Below, one piece after another: positions 63,764 through 64,000 of a stretch of DNA of 64,000 nt. Made by a program: the position numbers and the translations under genes. The notes below the pieces were generated by a model. That model was not told where the DNA came from. It worked only from the letters and a program-made list of their open reading frames with translations, and made no database searches. The DNA lies in the IMG/VR virus record IMGVR_UViG_3300009537_002640, positions 142,496 to 206,495 of that record; one strand, given 5' to 3'. Each line of letters starts with the position of its first letter. Position 1 is the first letter of the stretch.

Positions 63764-64000
63764 TTATACTGGTGGAGGACCACCAGCTCCTCCGCCACCT
63801 AGACCACCGCCACCTGGTGGAGGGCCACCCATGCCTCCGCCTGAACCGCCTCCTGGGCCTCCCATAGGTGGCATTGGCGGACCACCGCCTCCACCACCAC
63901 CTAATGGTGGTGGGCCACCCATACCGCCACCAGGACCGCCCATTCCACCTGGGCCTCCTGGCATTGCTCCAGGAATACCAGACTCTTCGGCTCCTGGAGT
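63764..64000 (-). CDS. Partial CDS (runs off right edge): Gly/Pro/Met low-complexity C-terminus
   Basis: Frame open from 64000 (TPGAEESGIPGAMPGGPGGMGGP...GGPPPV*); identity of the upstream domain unknown. Confidence 0.6.
   Translation of the reverse strand, partial: TPGAEESGIPGAMPGGPGGMGGPGGGMGGPPPLGGGGGGGPPMPPMGGPGGGSGGGMGGPPPGGGGLGGGGAGGPPPV

Noticed and set aside
1014-63867. Plus-strand ORFs and short alternative-frame minus-strand ORFs in the six-frame track
   Set aside because: They lie inside longer, motif-bearing, RBS-supported minus-strand genes and show shadow-frame composition; none has recognisable motifs
1-64000. Stop-codon reassignment, as seen in some huge phages
   Set aside because: Genes tile the window at high density under the standard code, including an 11.4-kb ORF; no gene appears broken by in-frame TAG or TGA
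1-64000. CRISPR array, tRNA/rRNA genes, integrase, IS elements, introns or inteins
   Set aside because: No regularly spaced nucleotide repeats, cloverleaf-like sequences, transposase or splicing motifs were seen; all repeats are degenerate protein-level repeats. The tyrosine-catalytic domain at 62775-63398 fits TopIB rather than an integrase
1-64000. Assignment to a named phage clade, host or tail morphotype
   Set aside because: Needs terminase/MCP phylogeny and tail tube or sheath genes, which were not recognised here; it cannot be supported from the sequence by eye

Overview
This 64-kb window is part of the virion-morphogenesis region of a very large tailed dsDNA phage (jumbo/huge Caudoviricetes-like). 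Essentially all credible genes lie on the minus strand, are tightly packed (many TAATG/ATGA couplings, GGAG ribosome-binding sites) and read with the standard code. In transcription order (right to left) it holds: a truncated G/P-rich protein tail; a 1290-aa multi-enzyme polyprotein (TopIB + two M15 peptidases + 2H phosphoesterase); a RelE-like protein; a lipoprotein serine protease; many acidic or helical putative internal head proteins; a 1342-aa prohead protease/scaffold; putative ejection proteins; two decoration-like paralogues; an HK97-type major capsid protein; an SNase-like nuclease; a block of tail-fibre-like proteins; patatin, metallophosphoesterase and cold-shock genes; neck proteins; a 3811-aa giant fibre; and further tail proteins. 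Portal, terminase, tail tube and sheath were not recognised in the window, and host and clade cannot be assigned. The strongest candidate novel system is a set of short protein 'address codes': (i) a 24-aa helical-hairpin tag in 9 head-module ORFs, including the RelE-like toxin; (ii) [LIF]-S-[KIV]-R-[AD] and K-x-A motifs that punctuate domain boundaries like maturation-cleavage sites; and (iii) a D-G-Y tripeptide present about 70 times in predicted surface proteins but not seen in predicted internal proteins. Also seen are a candidate -1 frameshift (C CCU UUC) fusing two ejection-like ORFs and a conserved intergenic late-promoter-like motif (TAYTAATA). Function calls come from motif recognition by eye; no database search was run.
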